The translations under genes and the position numbers were made by a program. This document shows, piece by piece, positions 23,270 through 34,968 of a DNA stretch of 64,000 nt (within the stretch, counting starts at the first letter, position 1; every line of letters starts with the position of its first letter). The DNA comes from Cyanidioschyzon merolae (taxonomy: Eukaryota). The notes beneath the pieces are model-generated. The model searched no databases and was not told the DNA's origin. It saw nothing but the letters and a program-made list of their open reading frames with translations. The stretch lies in NCBI GenBank assembly GCA_000091205.1, contig AP006502.2; one strand, written 5' to 3'.

Positions 23270-23489
23270 CTCGCCAGAAACGCGCGCATACGGCACAAGA
23301 TCGACATCGAATTTGGGATATCATGGTTCTTTACGGACCATATTGGACTATCGGAAAGCCTCAGCTATCTGGCTCTCATTGTCCAGAAACGCGTGCATGC
23401 AGCACAAGATCGACATCGAATTTGGGATATCATGGTTCTTTACGGACCATATTGGACTATCGGAAAGCCTCAGCTATCTGGCTCTCATT
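23270..23489. repeat. Tandem duplication, 2 copies of a unit of about 109 bp (88-bp core plus 21-bp linker), about 75 bp upstream of the TraB gene
   Basis: gcacaagatcgacatcgaatttgggatatcatggttctttacggaccatattggactatcggaaagcctcagctatctggctctcatt occurs at 23293-23380 and again at 23402-23489. The linker (c)cagaaacgcg(c/t)gcat(a/g)c also recurs before copy 1. Confidence 0.85.
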
Positions 23490-23563
23490 CGCATTGATCA
23501 TCAGCGCTGCACGAGCGCTGCAACGGATTCCCGAACGCGCTGCTGTACCGCACACCAGGCAAG

Positions 23564-24727
23564 TTGTGGGCCGCACCAGGCTGGTTCTCTTTGACAGAGA
23601 GACGCTTACGGCGGTGGCGGTGGCGGTGGTGGCGGTGTTGGTCGTCGGACATGTCGACTGTCGCGGTTCGGGCTCGTTGGCTATCCGGGATTTGGCGATG
23701 GCGCGGCTTCCGCCAGTTCGTGCGTAGCGAGCAGTGGTGGCGCCGGGAGCCACGTCCGGCGGCCTACCGCACCCTGGTACCGCAGGCGCAACCTGCTTTT
23801 CGAGTCTGGGTTTCTGGGAGCTTATCGACCTCGGCTGGGAACTCGACCTTCGGGAGCGCTCCCGGGGACGAGACGACCAACAGTACAGGTACGGCTGCTG
23901 CGCTGACTGACGATAATCCACTCCGTCTCGTGAACGGCTCCACCGGGGCTGTCGCACACGTTCTCGGGACCGCGCACATATCAGCGCTCTCCGTTTCGCA
24001 GACTCGGGAGTTGATTCGAAGGGTTCAACCGGATACCGTGGTGGTGGAGCTGGACGACGAACGCGTTCAGACCGTGCGAGAGCGTCTGGACAAGAAAGAC
24101 CCGTCTCAGGACTCGTCGCTCTTCAGCGAGTTGCTGCGCGTCTTTACTGACCCAAGAGGCGGTTCTCTCGGTTCGCGCATGTTCGAAGTGTATTTCAAAC
24201 TCATGTATCGTGCGTTGAGAATGGCAGGGTTTCTCCCGGGTGCCGAGTTTGTTGCGGCGATTGAGGAAGCCGAACGCATCGGTGCGCGAGTCGTCCTCGG
24301 CGATCGAAACATTCACGAGACCATGGAAAGGCTGCGTGCCGCTGTGTTTCATAACTTCTCCGATGTGTTACATGCTCTAGTTTCTCCACCTCCGCCGGAG
24401 CTTGAGAGTCTACTTGACAACTTGAAGGACCAGGCTCGAGGCGGCAACGCGCGAAAGATCAGCACTGATTTTGTTGATGCACTTCTGGACCGCAAGTCTG
24501 TGCGCCTGCTCACGCGTTTTCTGTCGCGCTCCTTGCCGGCCGTCTCCAAGGTCATGCTTGATGAACGCGACGTGATACTTGCGTCGAAAATAGCCACAGC
24601 ACCAGGGCAAAAAATCGTCGCGATTGTGGGAGCAGCGCACCTTGATGGCATTGAGCGCTGGTGGCTGCAAAATATCGAACCAGATCCGATTATCGTATCG
24701 TCGTCACCATTGCCGTCACAATCGTAG
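23564..24727 (+). CDS. TraB/PrgY-family protein (TraB domain-containing, likely membrane/organelle associated)
   Basis: GSTGAVAHVLGTAHISALSVSQTRELIRRVQPDTVVVELDDERV is the TraB-family N-terminal signature (GTAHvS..S...V...i....PD.V.vELc..R). Later ...KIVAIVGAAHLDGIERWW matches the family C-terminal motif (vGa.H..Gi). Confidence 0.65.
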   Translation: MWAAPGWFSLTERRLRRWRWRWWRCWSSDMSTVAVRARWLSGIWRWRGFRQFVRSEQWWRREPRPAAYRTLVPQAQPAFRVWVSGSLSTSAGNSTFGSAPGDETTNSTGTAAALTDDNPLRLVNGSTGAVAHVLGTAHISALSVSQTRELIRRVQPDTVVVELDDERVQTVRERLDKKDPSQDSSLFSELLRVFTDPRGGSLGSRMFEVYFKLMYRALRMAGFLPGAEFVAAIEEAERIGARVVLGDRNIHETMERLRAAVFHNFSDVLHALVSPPPPELESLLDNLKDQARGGNARKISTDFVDALLDRKSVRLLTRFLSRSLPAVSKVMLDERDVILASKIATAPGQKIVAIVGAAHLDGIERWWLQNIEPDPIIVSSSPLPSQS

Positions 24728-26271
24728 CCTTCGTTGCAGTTGCCTTTTCCCTTTGAGCGATGGACGGCGGCGCTCGACCAGGGCGGAACGTGTGCCTCGA
24801 ACGAAACCCGTACCCCACGTGACAGGCTGCTCGCTAGACCGTGTTTCATGCTGCCGCACTCCCGCGATGCCTGAGAGTGTGGTGTGCGCAGACCCGTTGA
24901 GGTCTCGCTGGTACGCACTGCGACACCATTGTATTCGCAGTTGGAGCCGGTTCTGAATGACCCCGGGAAGCTGCGCGTAAGCACAGCGAGACACGCTCAT
25001 GGATGTCGCTTGTGAGCGAAGAGCTCGATACTTGCCCGCCGTCTTGCTCGTGTCCCGCCCAATAGCTCCGTAATCCCTTCGAAGAGCAGCAGTCGAGGTG
25101 TCCCCGTTCAACTCAAGCCGCATTAGCGAGCATCGCAAGCAAGCAAGCAACCGGTCACGATCGCACTTTCCCGTGTCATCGCAATGCGTTTAATTTTCGT
25201 GTCTGATAGCTGCTGAAGAGCTATGCGATTCTTGTTTTTCGTCGATGAACCCTTCGGGTCAACTCATGAGCGCCACGCAGCCGCGAACGATGGACAACAT
25301 GTGGCTCTTTGAGGCAGCGGATGTTGAAAATTTCATCGCCAATCTCGTGATCTGCAGCATTCCGGTGCATCCTTCGTAAATCCTAAAGCGACATCTGGAG
25401 GAACAGCAGCCTCCGATAGCTTGACGGCATCGAAACGCCACGAGCCGAAGTATGTCAACGCACCTAGTACGCTCGGCGTCTCGTGTGGCACTGTGCTCTC
25501 TGCAACTCGACAGGTTCCTGGCTCAGGGGCATCGGCGCAGGTATCTGCTGATCATAGTATTATCTCGTCTGCGGCTCTTGTATCGCTTAAATCTCCTCAA
25601 AATATCCAGATGCAAATGATCGTGTTTGGGTCCAAAACCGCTGCGCGCACAGCGTGCCTGCCATGGATCATGAGAGGCCAAGGCGCCTACAACTTTGGAC
25701 TAGGACCAGGAGGAGCTCTGGATGCGAGCGCTTTCCTGAATAGGGCTTCTCATTTCCGGAGTCAAACTCGTACAACTAGCCGTTATTCAGTTGAAGCCCG
25801 GTCTTGCTAAAGTGTGCAAGTCCCTGCCTTTCACAGAAGCATGACGAACAACGCACTCGTGAACATCATTTCTGTCCACGCTTTTGGGGCGGTTCCAGCG
25901 TATCCTACGCGGATCCGTCCAGGAAAACGGACTCTTGTGCAGCTGCCCTACCTAGATATCATTGGAGTGAACGGGATGATTCCAGTGATGCACGCGGATA
26001 CCAGTATGTAAGACGTTTGCTCTATGTGTCGAGAGGTGGGCATCTGCATTCTGTTATGAAATGCACTTGACAGAAACGTGGCACGAAGCATGCCATGTCG
26101 ACGGGCGCTGATGAACTCTCTGTGTGCTTCTGAGTGTGTCTAGCTGCGCGCCGGCCTCGATCCCAGTAGGATATCGCTCAACAACGCCAACGATTCATCG
26201 TCATCCGCTGGGTTATCTGGGTGCGGCCAACGGAACCTCTATCAAACTTGCGCTGAAGCTCGAGTCCGACT

Positions 26272-26691
26272 TTGCGTTTGTACCTGATGATAGCTAAATC
26301 TGCTTTTGTAGCACAGACAGGCCGCTATGCTCGGCCAGTACTGCGAGGCAATTTAAAGCAGTCAGACTGGGGGCGAAAACTGCGGGTTCAGCGGCACGCG
26401 TCCACAGTAACGCTTCGTACGGGTGAGCCGGAACCACCCTCCGACGCTCAAGACCTCGACCGGAAGTGGCAGGAGTTCAAGAAAAAGCTAGAAGCTCAGA
26501 GACGAACTCCAGACCCGGAGCCTCGAAAGGCACCGAGGTCTACACCACTCTCCGTGCAGGAGATTGATCGAAAGACTGAGCGTTTAACGAACGTATGGAC
26601 GAGCCAGGCCGGGTACCTTTTTGGTGCGGGCTTCATTCTCGCAGTGGCAGCTTTCTACTTGTACGTCATGAAGGAACAGGGCATTTTTTGA
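26272..26691 (+). CDS. Hypothetical small protein with a single C-terminal transmembrane helix (basic N-terminal region)
   Basis: 139 aa. The C-terminus AGYLFGAGFILAVAAFYLYVMKEQGIF is hydrophobic, and the N-terminus is basic and Ser/Arg-rich. No family was recognised. Confidence 0.3.
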   Translation: MRLYLMIAKSAFVAQTGRYARPVLRGNLKQSDWGRKLRVQRHASTVTLRTGEPEPPSDAQDLDRKWQEFKKKLEAQRRTPDPEPRKAPRSTPLSVQEIDRKTERLTNVWTSQAGYLFGAGFILAVAAFYLYVMKEQGIF

Positions 26692-29074
26692 ACAGTTGGC
26701 GTCAAGGAACGGGCAGTGAATCAGTGACGAGGAGCGCTTGTGACATCGTGTCTCGTGCCGGGCCGCTCGTGAGTGTCAGCGCGTAGCTCGAGCCACGTTC
26801 GTTCGATGAGGTAGGTATCAGCGTAGAAAATGGAGCGCGGATGGTATGTTCGCACACTTTAAGTCCTGCACATATAAGTGTTGAGCTGGTGCCCCTGTCG
26901 ATAACGGTGCACGTTCCGCGGATGAAAGACGGGGACGGATGACACATGTGGCCTTTATCGGACTTGCCCATGATGTGAGAGTGCTTTGCAGCGGCAATCG
27001 ATCGATGGGTATTCGGCCGCAAGTACGATGCAGCTGGGCACGGAATACCGATACTGGACACGTCGATAAGTAAGAGCATCCTGTCGGTTCCGTGCCTTGC
27101 ATCAGTGCGGCTCTGTGCACAGAAGTGGAGACGATCTCGTGCGGGAATCATCATGCTTGCGCCTATGAGGAAAGATTGCAACTTGTGCATAACATCGGAC
27201 AGTGCTCTTCCATTTTCAGTATGATGTACGGTTTACAAGACATTGGGATTCGAGTTGCAGAAAGCGAATTCGCCTGGACGTCCGCGGATAATACAGAGAA
27301 GCGAGGCCCGCCCTGTGCATGGCATACACTCCATGTTTACGTAAAGCCAGAAGCCCGTCGTCGTCGAATACGAATTGTGTATTGAGGGATCTTGTTGGCA
27401 TGGACGCCGCATGAGCTCCTACAACGCCGCCTTTGCGTATTGGACGGGCACAACCATTTCCCCACAGCATCGACATGTTGTCCACGTCGCCCTGACTGTA
27501 GCCTGCCGGCGCTCCCAGATACCATGTTGCACCAGTAGTCGTTACGTAAACTCCGGCACGACTCTACCCAATAAAATCTTTATCAGAGCATATCGAAAAT
27601 CCTGCTATAATGTTGTACCGGTTATCCTTGCGTGAACGCTCGCACCAAATCGTTCCATCCGAGAAACTCGTTCCAACCTTCCGCCCACCTTGCCTGCACG
27701 GCAGCAAATCGCTAAACCGACTGCTGATGTTTCAGAGACACACGAACGGCCCTCGGTCGATGCGGTAACGCGGCGGGACTGCGCTAGCACGTATCGCTTC
27801 GGTGAGCAGACACGCAAACGATGAAATGTCACACGGACTGCATGCCAAGGGATTTCGGATCGCAACCGAGGCAGGCAGTTTGGCAGCACTTGGTACCGAT
27901 AGAATGCATCAGGGCGCATGCGTTGACGAGAACGGTCCACCGAAACACGATTCCCGCCTTTCGTGGTCAACAGAACCCTACGTCGTTGCTTCGCCAGGCG
28001 ACATGAGCCTGCTATGCGTCGCTACCCGAACACTGAAGCGCCAGCAGACACAGCAAATGAGCTACGGGTGCTGGACACGAAACCCTGTCTCGGTAGTAGG
28101 AGGCCGCACCAGCGCCAACGATTGGCACGCCGATGAACACGGCGACTCCTGGTGCCGGATGCGCTGTCGCACGCGCGAAAGCATGCACATCCATCAAGAC
28201 GCTACCACAGCTATTGTGGACTGCGAGAACCCGCTGACCCTGTGACTGACTTCGGGCAGCCGTCACCACGGTGCTATTCGCTATCCGGAGCTATTGCGCC
28301 CACTTCCAGATAATCCTGAAAACGCAACACGCGCCACCTGGTGCTGGAATCATTGCACTCAATCACCGTTTTTACAGGCGTTCGAGGAAACGCACGCAAA
28401 GCTCTGCACCACAAAGATCACAGCATGCTTTTTCCGGGTACAGGCGGGTGTCGGATCGTTGACGGCATCGAGGAATCACCATTTACGTGTGAGCAACAAT
28501 TTTTTTACGATCCAGGATCGCTACGTCTAATTAGGGATCCCCCGGACGCACCCCAAGTTTCGAAAACCAGAGCAGCAAACCCCCGTACCGCTCCAGTCCT
28601 GTAGCGTTGCAGGAGCCGCAGAGAAGCTGAAGGACACGCCACTCGAAAAGCACCCTCATGGTCATCCACCGTGTGCCGTATAGGTAATGTAACTTGGGAG
28701 TAGGGGTTTGATGGATACCTCACCGCACACTGAAAAAAAGTAAGAAAAGAAAATGCGCATAATCAGAGAACGCTGGCCAAAGTAAACGTTTTGTCCATGG
28801 CAAAAAATCCACCGTGTGTCGTTCCGGATCATTGCGGCGCGCCGCACTGACGACCGACGTGTTTGAAGGGAATCGTCAGACACTACTGCTGCTACTACTA
28901 CTGCTGCTGCTGCTGGTGGTGACGTTTTCTAGTCCTGAACAGAGGGCGAGTGAAGCGCAGCCTCTTGTCTTCGGACCGGGGAGCTCTTTACGAGGTAACC
29001 TGAAGGGTCTGGTGTAGCTCATCTCAGAGACAAGTAGTGCGTAGCGTGCAACGCTCAGATTCGGAACGGCAGCG

Positions 29075-30805
29075 GTGTGCTACTGTCGACGCACGGCAAC
29101 TGCGACACGAACGCTTGTTTCGGTTTTCGCAGCTGGTCCTTGCATGCCGAAGACCTCGGACGTTTTCCCTATGAACCAGGGTCATACGAAGCAGCGGCGT
29201 GTTTCCCGTGATGACCGTGTTCAAGTGGGCGACTCGATCCAGTCGCAGGTTGAACTTGCCCGCGTTGCGATCACACGCTTCATGAAAGAGCGTCGAGTAG
29301 AGGACGTAGCACCGTTATGCTCCCGAGTTCTGGTGCTTGACGTGCGACTAGCATTGTCCGACGCATTTGGCGCACTATTAGAACAACAGAGCTCAGTTGC
29401 TGTTCTCTGGGATACCGTGAAGCAAAGCCTCGTTGGACTCTTGACTCCAGCCGACCTGGCTGAGATGCTGCTCTTTCTGCGCGAAAGCCTACAACGCGAA
29501 GGAACCCCGACCCCGAACGACGGTAACGAGCAGGGTCACCAAGACTCTGGTGCTGTAGATGACGCCGACTACAATCGGCGCGCTGTGCGGCTCCTCACGA
29601 GTCGCACGCTGGGCACTTGGCTAGAACTGTGCTCGGAGCAGTCGAATCAGTCCAAGCTGCTCTCAAGAGACATTACGGATACTGGGCAAGGACCAGTGCC
29701 AGGAGCAGGAGCCGCTGAGGCCCCACCGGTGACCTTGGCGACCGCAGTTGCTTTCGCTGGGTCCGCACTCGAGAAACACGCTCCGCTACTGGCCAACTCG
29801 CGCCCGCCGCGTCCCAGTGCCCTGCAGCTAATATCCTGTCGAGCGAATGGCTCGCTCTACGAGGCGGCTGTCCTGCTTCGGGATCACGCGATTCACCACG
29901 TTCCGCTTGTCATTGGAGCAGACAGCACCGTGCTTTGTATTCTGACGCATGGACGACTTTTGGCGTACATGAATGAGCAGTTTGGCCTGTATCGACTCGA
30001 GAAACAATGGCAGCAACAGCAGCAACAGCAGCAACAGCAACGTGAGCGACCAGCTCGCCCTCGCACAGACGCGCGCGTTAGCGCACAGGAGCTGCAGACT
30101 GCAGCGTTGGACGCGATGCGTACATCGTGCACCCCTGAAGTCGAGGAGCTTGCTGTTGTCGTAGATCTTTTTTCCGTTCCTATAGAAACGCTCGGAATCG
30201 GAACCTTTCGCAATATATCGCAGGTACACCTGAAAGAGCCGCTGTGGCGAGCCATCGCCAAATTAGTGGACTCCAACGTGCATGCAATTCCTGTCGTTGA
30301 TGACACCGGCGCTCTCCAACAAGTCTACACCCGAGCAGATGCGCTATGGATCATTGCACCTGAGACAGTGACTGTACCCGAAGGCCGCCCAGCTTCTCCC
30401 TGGGGGCGACCTTCGGAAACCAAGTCACCAGGAGGAAACATGGAAAACATCGGTGCGCGTATTGCCAGCGGAGGAGGTCGATATCACATGCTCCGGGACC
30501 ACGTTCTCGTGGAGGATCACTTTCGCATGCTGCGGCGGGAGGGTCGTAACCGACGCTTGCCTGTCACGTGCAGCCCCAGAGACACGCTGCGGACCGTTTT
30601 TGAACGCATGGGTCACGACTTTCGTATACACCAGGTTTTTGTTGTCGATGATCGCCAACACGTTTTGGGAGTCATATCGCTATCGGATATTCTGGAGTTT
30701 TTCATGGATAGCTCCGCGAGTGTGCCGTCGTCTCCGGATCTTCGCCACCACGACTCGCCGTTTTCCCATACGGGCATGGATCTGCCCGTCCGCCCGATCC
30801 TGTAA
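29075..30805 (+). CDS. CBS-domain protein, SNF4/AMPK-gamma-like (four CBS repeats) with an internal poly-Q tract
   Basis: Recurrent CBS-type segments: ...HAIHHVPLVIGADSTVLCILTHGRLLAYM..., ...HAIPVVDDTGALQQVYTRADALWI..., ...IHQVFVVDDRQHVLGVISLSDILEFF.... A Q11 tract is encoded by (CAGCAA)n at about 30010-30045. Confidence 0.65.
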   Translation: MCYCRRTATATRTLVSVFAAGPCMPKTSDVFPMNQGHTKQRRVSRDDRVQVGDSIQSQVELARVAITRFMKERRVEDVAPLCSRVLVLDVRLALSDAFGALLEQQSSVAVLWDTVKQSLVGLLTPADLAEMLLFLRESLQREGTPTPNDGNEQGHQDSGAVDDADYNRRAVRLLTSRTLGTWLELCSEQSNQSKLLSRDITDTGQGPVPGAGAAEAPPVTLATAVAFAGSALEKHAPLLANSRPPRPSALQLISCRANGSLYEAAVLLRDHAIHHVPLVIGADSTVLCILTHGRLLAYMNEQFGLYRLEKQWQQQQQQQQQQRERPARPRTDARVSAQELQTAALDAMRTSCTPEVEELAVVVDLFSVPIETLGIGTFRNISQVHLKEPLWRAIAKLVDSNVHAIPVVDDTGALQQVYTRADALWIIAPETVTVPEGRPASPWGRPSETKSPGGNMENIGARIASGGGRYHMLRDHVLVEDHFRMLRREGRNRRLPVTCSPRDTLRTVFERMGHDFRIHQVFVVDDRQHVLGVISLSDILEFFMDSSASVPSSPDLRHHDSPFSHTGMDLPVRPIL

Positions 30806-32617
30806 GCGTCTAGTGCAACGTTACTTCATCCCAGCGCATGAAGTTTTTGCATAGATGAAGTGAGCGACGGATTCGAGCCTGTCATGCATTGTGTTGGCGC
30901 TCGATGATGACCGACCTGCATTCCGCGACATTGACGCAGCGTCCGAGGTAGGCGACGCCGTTTCCCGCACGACCTGGATGCGCTGGCATCTTTATGAACG
31001 AGGCTGCACAGCGACATTCGGTGCGCACGCCCAAGACCTATCCAAGCGATTGACACAGCGTTCACTGGGGGCGGTTACTATGCGGTTCCTCTGGGTATGG
31101 ATTCAAAACCAGCATATGCGTATGCGTCGTTCCTTTGGATCCATGTGCCTGAAGAGCAGCATGCTTCCCCATGGATGCACCGTGTCCGGAGTGCGCACCA
31201 GGGCTCGAATGATGGCGAGTGCTGACGCGCCAGCTGTGTTGCGGACACTTACCTGGATGGCGACAGCTGCCTCGGAAGCTCCCATGCGGCAACGTGGACG
31301 CAGGTCGCAAAGCGGTACGCGTTTGATGCAGGGACACGGTCCTTCAGGCATATGCAGGCCGCGAGTCCGTATTTTGCGCGATGAAATTCCCGGTTGCGCT
31401 GGAGGAGCCTGCTGGACCTTGCCGGACTAGGTCAGCGGCACGATACGAGAGATGTTTGCTGAAAGGCTTGCGCTCTGAATCTGTCCCAGAGTGCAGGTGT
31501 TTTCGTTGAGGACGGAGCCGTGTCGCATTAGACTCGAAACGCTTGCAATTCCTGCGTCAAGTCAACGTTTTGGGACGAGTTGCGATGCGACCTCACCCAT
31601 GCATCGAACAGCGCTATCCACGTATGCCGCTGAGGGTGCTTCGTGCTTCGCACTGCGTCCACGAGCGCATTCTCGAGACCACAACCGGCACCATTGGGTA
31701 GCCGTGCGAGAGGCCTCAAGGCAAGGTCACTGCGCGTTGCCGTCACGGGCGACAAGGCCAGCCCGCACACCCACACGGCGATCTTTGGGTCGGTACGAAA
31801 GGCCGTGCTCGCGCATCATACGCGCTCGCATACCGTAAAGTGCAAACACTGTACCAGCTGGTATCTCCGGAGCTGTCCCGTCCGTCGCACATGCGCCTGT
31901 CGCAGCATTCGCTCGCCCGAATCGAAAGTTGAAACATGGGAAGCAGTCGCTTTCCTATACTCGCTGCCTTCGTTCAGGCATGCCCACGAGGAACCGATGC
32001 GATTCGTGCAGGATTGCTGGAGTACCGCCCCAGCCGTGCACTGACGCATCATTCCAGATCACGAGGACTCGAGGCTGCGGCCTGTACGCAGACGCTCCGA
32101 GTCGCCGCTGGAAGCGTCGCTTCGCTGGGCGTTGCAGGTGCGTCCACATGCACCCTGGCATGCCGTTTCTCTCTCTGCAACTCGATGGATGCACCGAACA
32201 GTACACGCCAAACACCAATTTTTGCCAGTCATTCGCATTCGTGTATGCGTCCGTCTGCGAAATGCTCGAAAACGATGCATCCGTGCATGCATGGAATTCA
32301 GCGGTGCCTCTGCTGCACCCCTGAACAAGCAGCGTACTGGACCCCGCTGTCTGCAGTGAACGCATCATCGAGCGTTGTCTACCTACGGTAGATGATGGAT
32401 CGATCGAATGAGACGAAATCCAAGTTTTTCATTCGACAGCGAGGTGTAATACACGCATGAAGCGGCAGAAGCAGCTCCACGTTATCGAGCTCTTTCCAGC
32501 ACATCCTCCAAACGGATCCAGAGCCCAACCGCTGTGCACTTCGTCCAGACACTTGACGAACTCTCTCTCTTGGTGCTCCAGATAGCCGAAACACAACCGC
32601 CAATCCAACGAAAAAGA

Positions 32618-32660
32618 ACACATACACACACACACAAACAGAAAGAAAGAGAGAAATCCC
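32618..32660. repeat. (CA)n/(GA)n compound microsatellite in the GPI upstream region
   Basis: acatacacacacacacaaacagaaagaaagagagaaa. Confidence 0.85.
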
Positions 32661-32773
32661 TTTACGCTCCTGAGTGCGCGCTGACTGGCTGTCGCGCTTC
32701 AACGGCGCCCGGCGTCAATGCGTCCAGAGTTACGTACGGCGTTGCGTTGTGTGTACGCTCGAAACAGCAACTG

Positions 32774-34498
32774 ATGGCATCATCTGGTGTTCATATGCAT
32801 CAAGTTTGGCGTAAACTGAAGACCCACGCGAGTGATGTCATTTCAAACCTGCACCTCGCTCAGCTTTTACAAGACGAGCAGCGATGCACCGCATTTCGAG
32901 CGACCCTGAATGATCTGGTGTACGACTACGCGCGTCAGCGGGCAACCCCTGAGACGCTGTCGCTGCTTATCGAGTTCGCTGACGCGTCAGAACTCGGAGC
33001 GAAAATCGATAGAATGTTTCAGGGTGAGAAGATCAACTTGACAGAAGATCGTGCTGTTCTGCACGTCGCTCTGCGGGCGCCACGCGATCCGACAATCTGG
33101 CCTGCTTCCGTGCGTCTACCTGAGCAGGCGGTTTCAGAGGTCCACGATGTACTCGCGCAGATCGAGCGTTTCAGTGAACGCATTCGAAAGGGCCGCGAAT
33201 GGGTTGGAGCAACCGGCAAGCCGTTGACAGACGTTGTCAGTATCGGTATCGGTGGGAGTTATCTGGGTCCAGAGTTTGTCTACGAAGCGCTGAGGACTGA
33301 CCATAAAGCAGCGGAGGCGGCACGCGGCCGACGACTACGATTTCTGGCGAACGTGGACCCGACGGACGTGCACCGAGCACTTGACGGCCTTAACCCGGAA
33401 ACCACGCTCGTCGTTGTGGTGAGCAAAACCTTCACGACCGCGGAGACGATGTTGAATGCGCGCACCCTGAAACGCTGGCTCATGGATGCATTAGGTGAGT
33501 CCGCGGTGGCGAAGCACATGGTTGCCGTCAGCACCAACACCGAGGCGGTGAAGGCGTTTGGTATCGATCCCCAGGAAGGCATGTTTCGATTCTGGGATTG
33601 GGTCGGGGGTCGCTTTTCGGTCTGCAGCGCGGTCGGCCTGGTACCGCTTTCGCTCCAGTACGGTTTCGGCATCATGCGGGAGTTTCTTGCGGGAGCGCAT
33701 GAAATCGATTGGCACTTTGCAACGGAACGGGACTGGCGCAAGAACATTCCGGTTCTCATGGGGCTATTCGGGGTCTGGAATGCGTCTTTCCTTGGATACA
33801 GCACACGTGCGCTGCTCCCATACGCGCAGGCGCTGTTGCGTTTCGCGCCTCACATCCAGCAGGTCGACATGGAAAGCAACGGCAAGGGCGTCGACATCCA
33901 CGGAGAAGCGCTCATCGATCCAACGGCGACCGGCGTAGTGGATTTCGGTGAACCCGGCACAAACGGCCAACATTCTTTCTATCAACTGATGCACCAGGGG
34001 CGAGTCATACCTGCCGATTTTGTTGGCTTTCGACGATCGCAAACACCCATTGTTCTGGAGGGTGAGCCGGTCTCAAATCATGACGAATTGATGAGTAATT
34101 TCTTCGCCCAGCCGGACGCTCTCGCCATAGGCAAGACGCGCGAGGAGCTCGTCGCCGAGGGCGTACCCGAAGCGCTCCTGAATCACAAGATTTTCCCAGG
34201 GAATCGTCCATCGAGCAGCATGCTCTTTGACTGTCTTGATGCGCGAACTGTGGGTCGACTTTTGGCTCTATATGAGCACCGCGCAGCCGTCGAGGGTTTC
34301 CTTTGGAATCTGAATAGCTTCGATCAGTGGGGTGTGGAACTCGGCAAAGTGCTTGCAAAACGCATCCGCAATGAACTGGCGCGGAGACGTCAGGCCGAAG
34401 GAAAGCCAGCTGCCGGACAGGCTGCAACCGATCATCATTGGAACGCCAGCACCCGCTTCCTTTTAGACGCTTATTTCACGCCAAGTACCGGGCAGTGA
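32774..34498 (+). CDS. GPI: Glucose-6-phosphate isomerase (phosphoglucose isomerase)
   Basis: ...[22 protein letters not shown]..., ...[19 protein letters not shown]..., ...[18 protein letters not shown]..., ...[12 protein letters not shown]..., ...[18 protein letters not shown]... are all hallmark PGI motifs. The ATG at 32774 ([15 protein letters not shown]...) is the most likely start. An upstream in-frame ATG at 32534 would add 80 aa encoded partly by the (CA)n tract. Confidence 0.85.
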   Translation: MASSGVHMHQVWRKLKTHASDVISNLHLAQLLQDEQRCTAFRATLNDLVYDYARQRATPETLSLLIEFADASELGAKIDRMFQGEKINLTEDRAVLHVALRAPRDPTIWPASVRLPEQAVSEVHDVLAQIERFSERIRKGREWVGATGKPLTDVVSIGIGGSYLGPEFVYEALRTDHKAAEAARGRRLRFLANVDPTDVHRALDGLNPETTLVVVVSKTFTTAETMLNARTLKRWLMDALGESAVAKHMVAVSTNTEAVKAFGIDPQEGMFRFWDWVGGRFSVCSAVGLVPLSLQYGFGIMREFLAGAHEIDWHFATERDWRKNIPVLMGLFGVWNASFLGYSTRALLPYAQALLRFAPHIQQVDMESNGKGVDIHGEALIDPTATGVVDFGEPGTNGQHSFYQLMHQGRVIPADFVGFRRSQTPIVLEGEPVSNHDELMSNFFAQPDALAIGKTREELVAEGVPEALLNHKIFPGNRPSSSMLFDCLDARTVGRLLALYEHRAAVEGFLWNLNSFDQWGVELGKVLAKRIRNELARRRQAEGKPAAGQAATDHHWNASTRFLLDAYFTPSTGQ

Positions 34499-34968
34499 GC
34501 GGCTGTGTGCTCGACGACAGCGCTGAAGGATCGGTTTCGGTTTGAGCTGCCTGCACTCGGCTCCAGCGTTACCACGGCACACGAGCACGTTGATGGTGAC
34601 GAGACTGCGTGTGCGCGTTTACCGAACTGCGACATGCTCTGTGGCGTGTCGCACCAGCCGAGAAAGATCCCCGCTAACCAAAAGGTTGTCGCAGATCGCA
34701 CACACGCTCCGGGACTTGTGCCGTGCGAGCCACATTGAGGCACGACTCTCATCTTCGAGCTGGCATCCAGAGGTGGCAGGCTGCCGGTGGCCGCCCTGAT
34801 GCCGCCGGCATGGCACTCGAGCTGACACCCCTGACCCAGTTCGGTCCAAGGCGGGCATGTCGAGCCTCGCAGTCATCACTGCCCTGATCCACTGCCCCTA
34901 TCGTCCGGTACGAGCTTGTCGACGATGCTACAAACGAGTGCATGTCAACGCTGTGTGCTCTTGTTTGC

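Noticed and set aside
23270-23489. Possible CRISPR-like array or other repeat-spacer structure.
   Set aside because: There are only two repeat units with an approximately 21-bp linker. There is no series of unique spacers, and the context is eukaryotic.
26702-27190. Minus-strand 162-aa ORF considered as a calcineurin-like metallophosphoesterase (VIDRG and GKSDKGH fragments).
   Set aside because: The motif order (GDxHG ... GDxxDRG ... GNHE) is not respected and there is no other supporting similarity. It is left as unassigned.
32534-32773. GPI N-terminal extension (80 aa upstream of MASSGV...) considered as a transit peptide.
   Set aside because: The extension is largely encoded by a (CA)n/(GA)n microsatellite ([13 protein letters not shown]) and lacks transit-peptide character. 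The ATG at 32774 aligns with the start of canonical PGIs.
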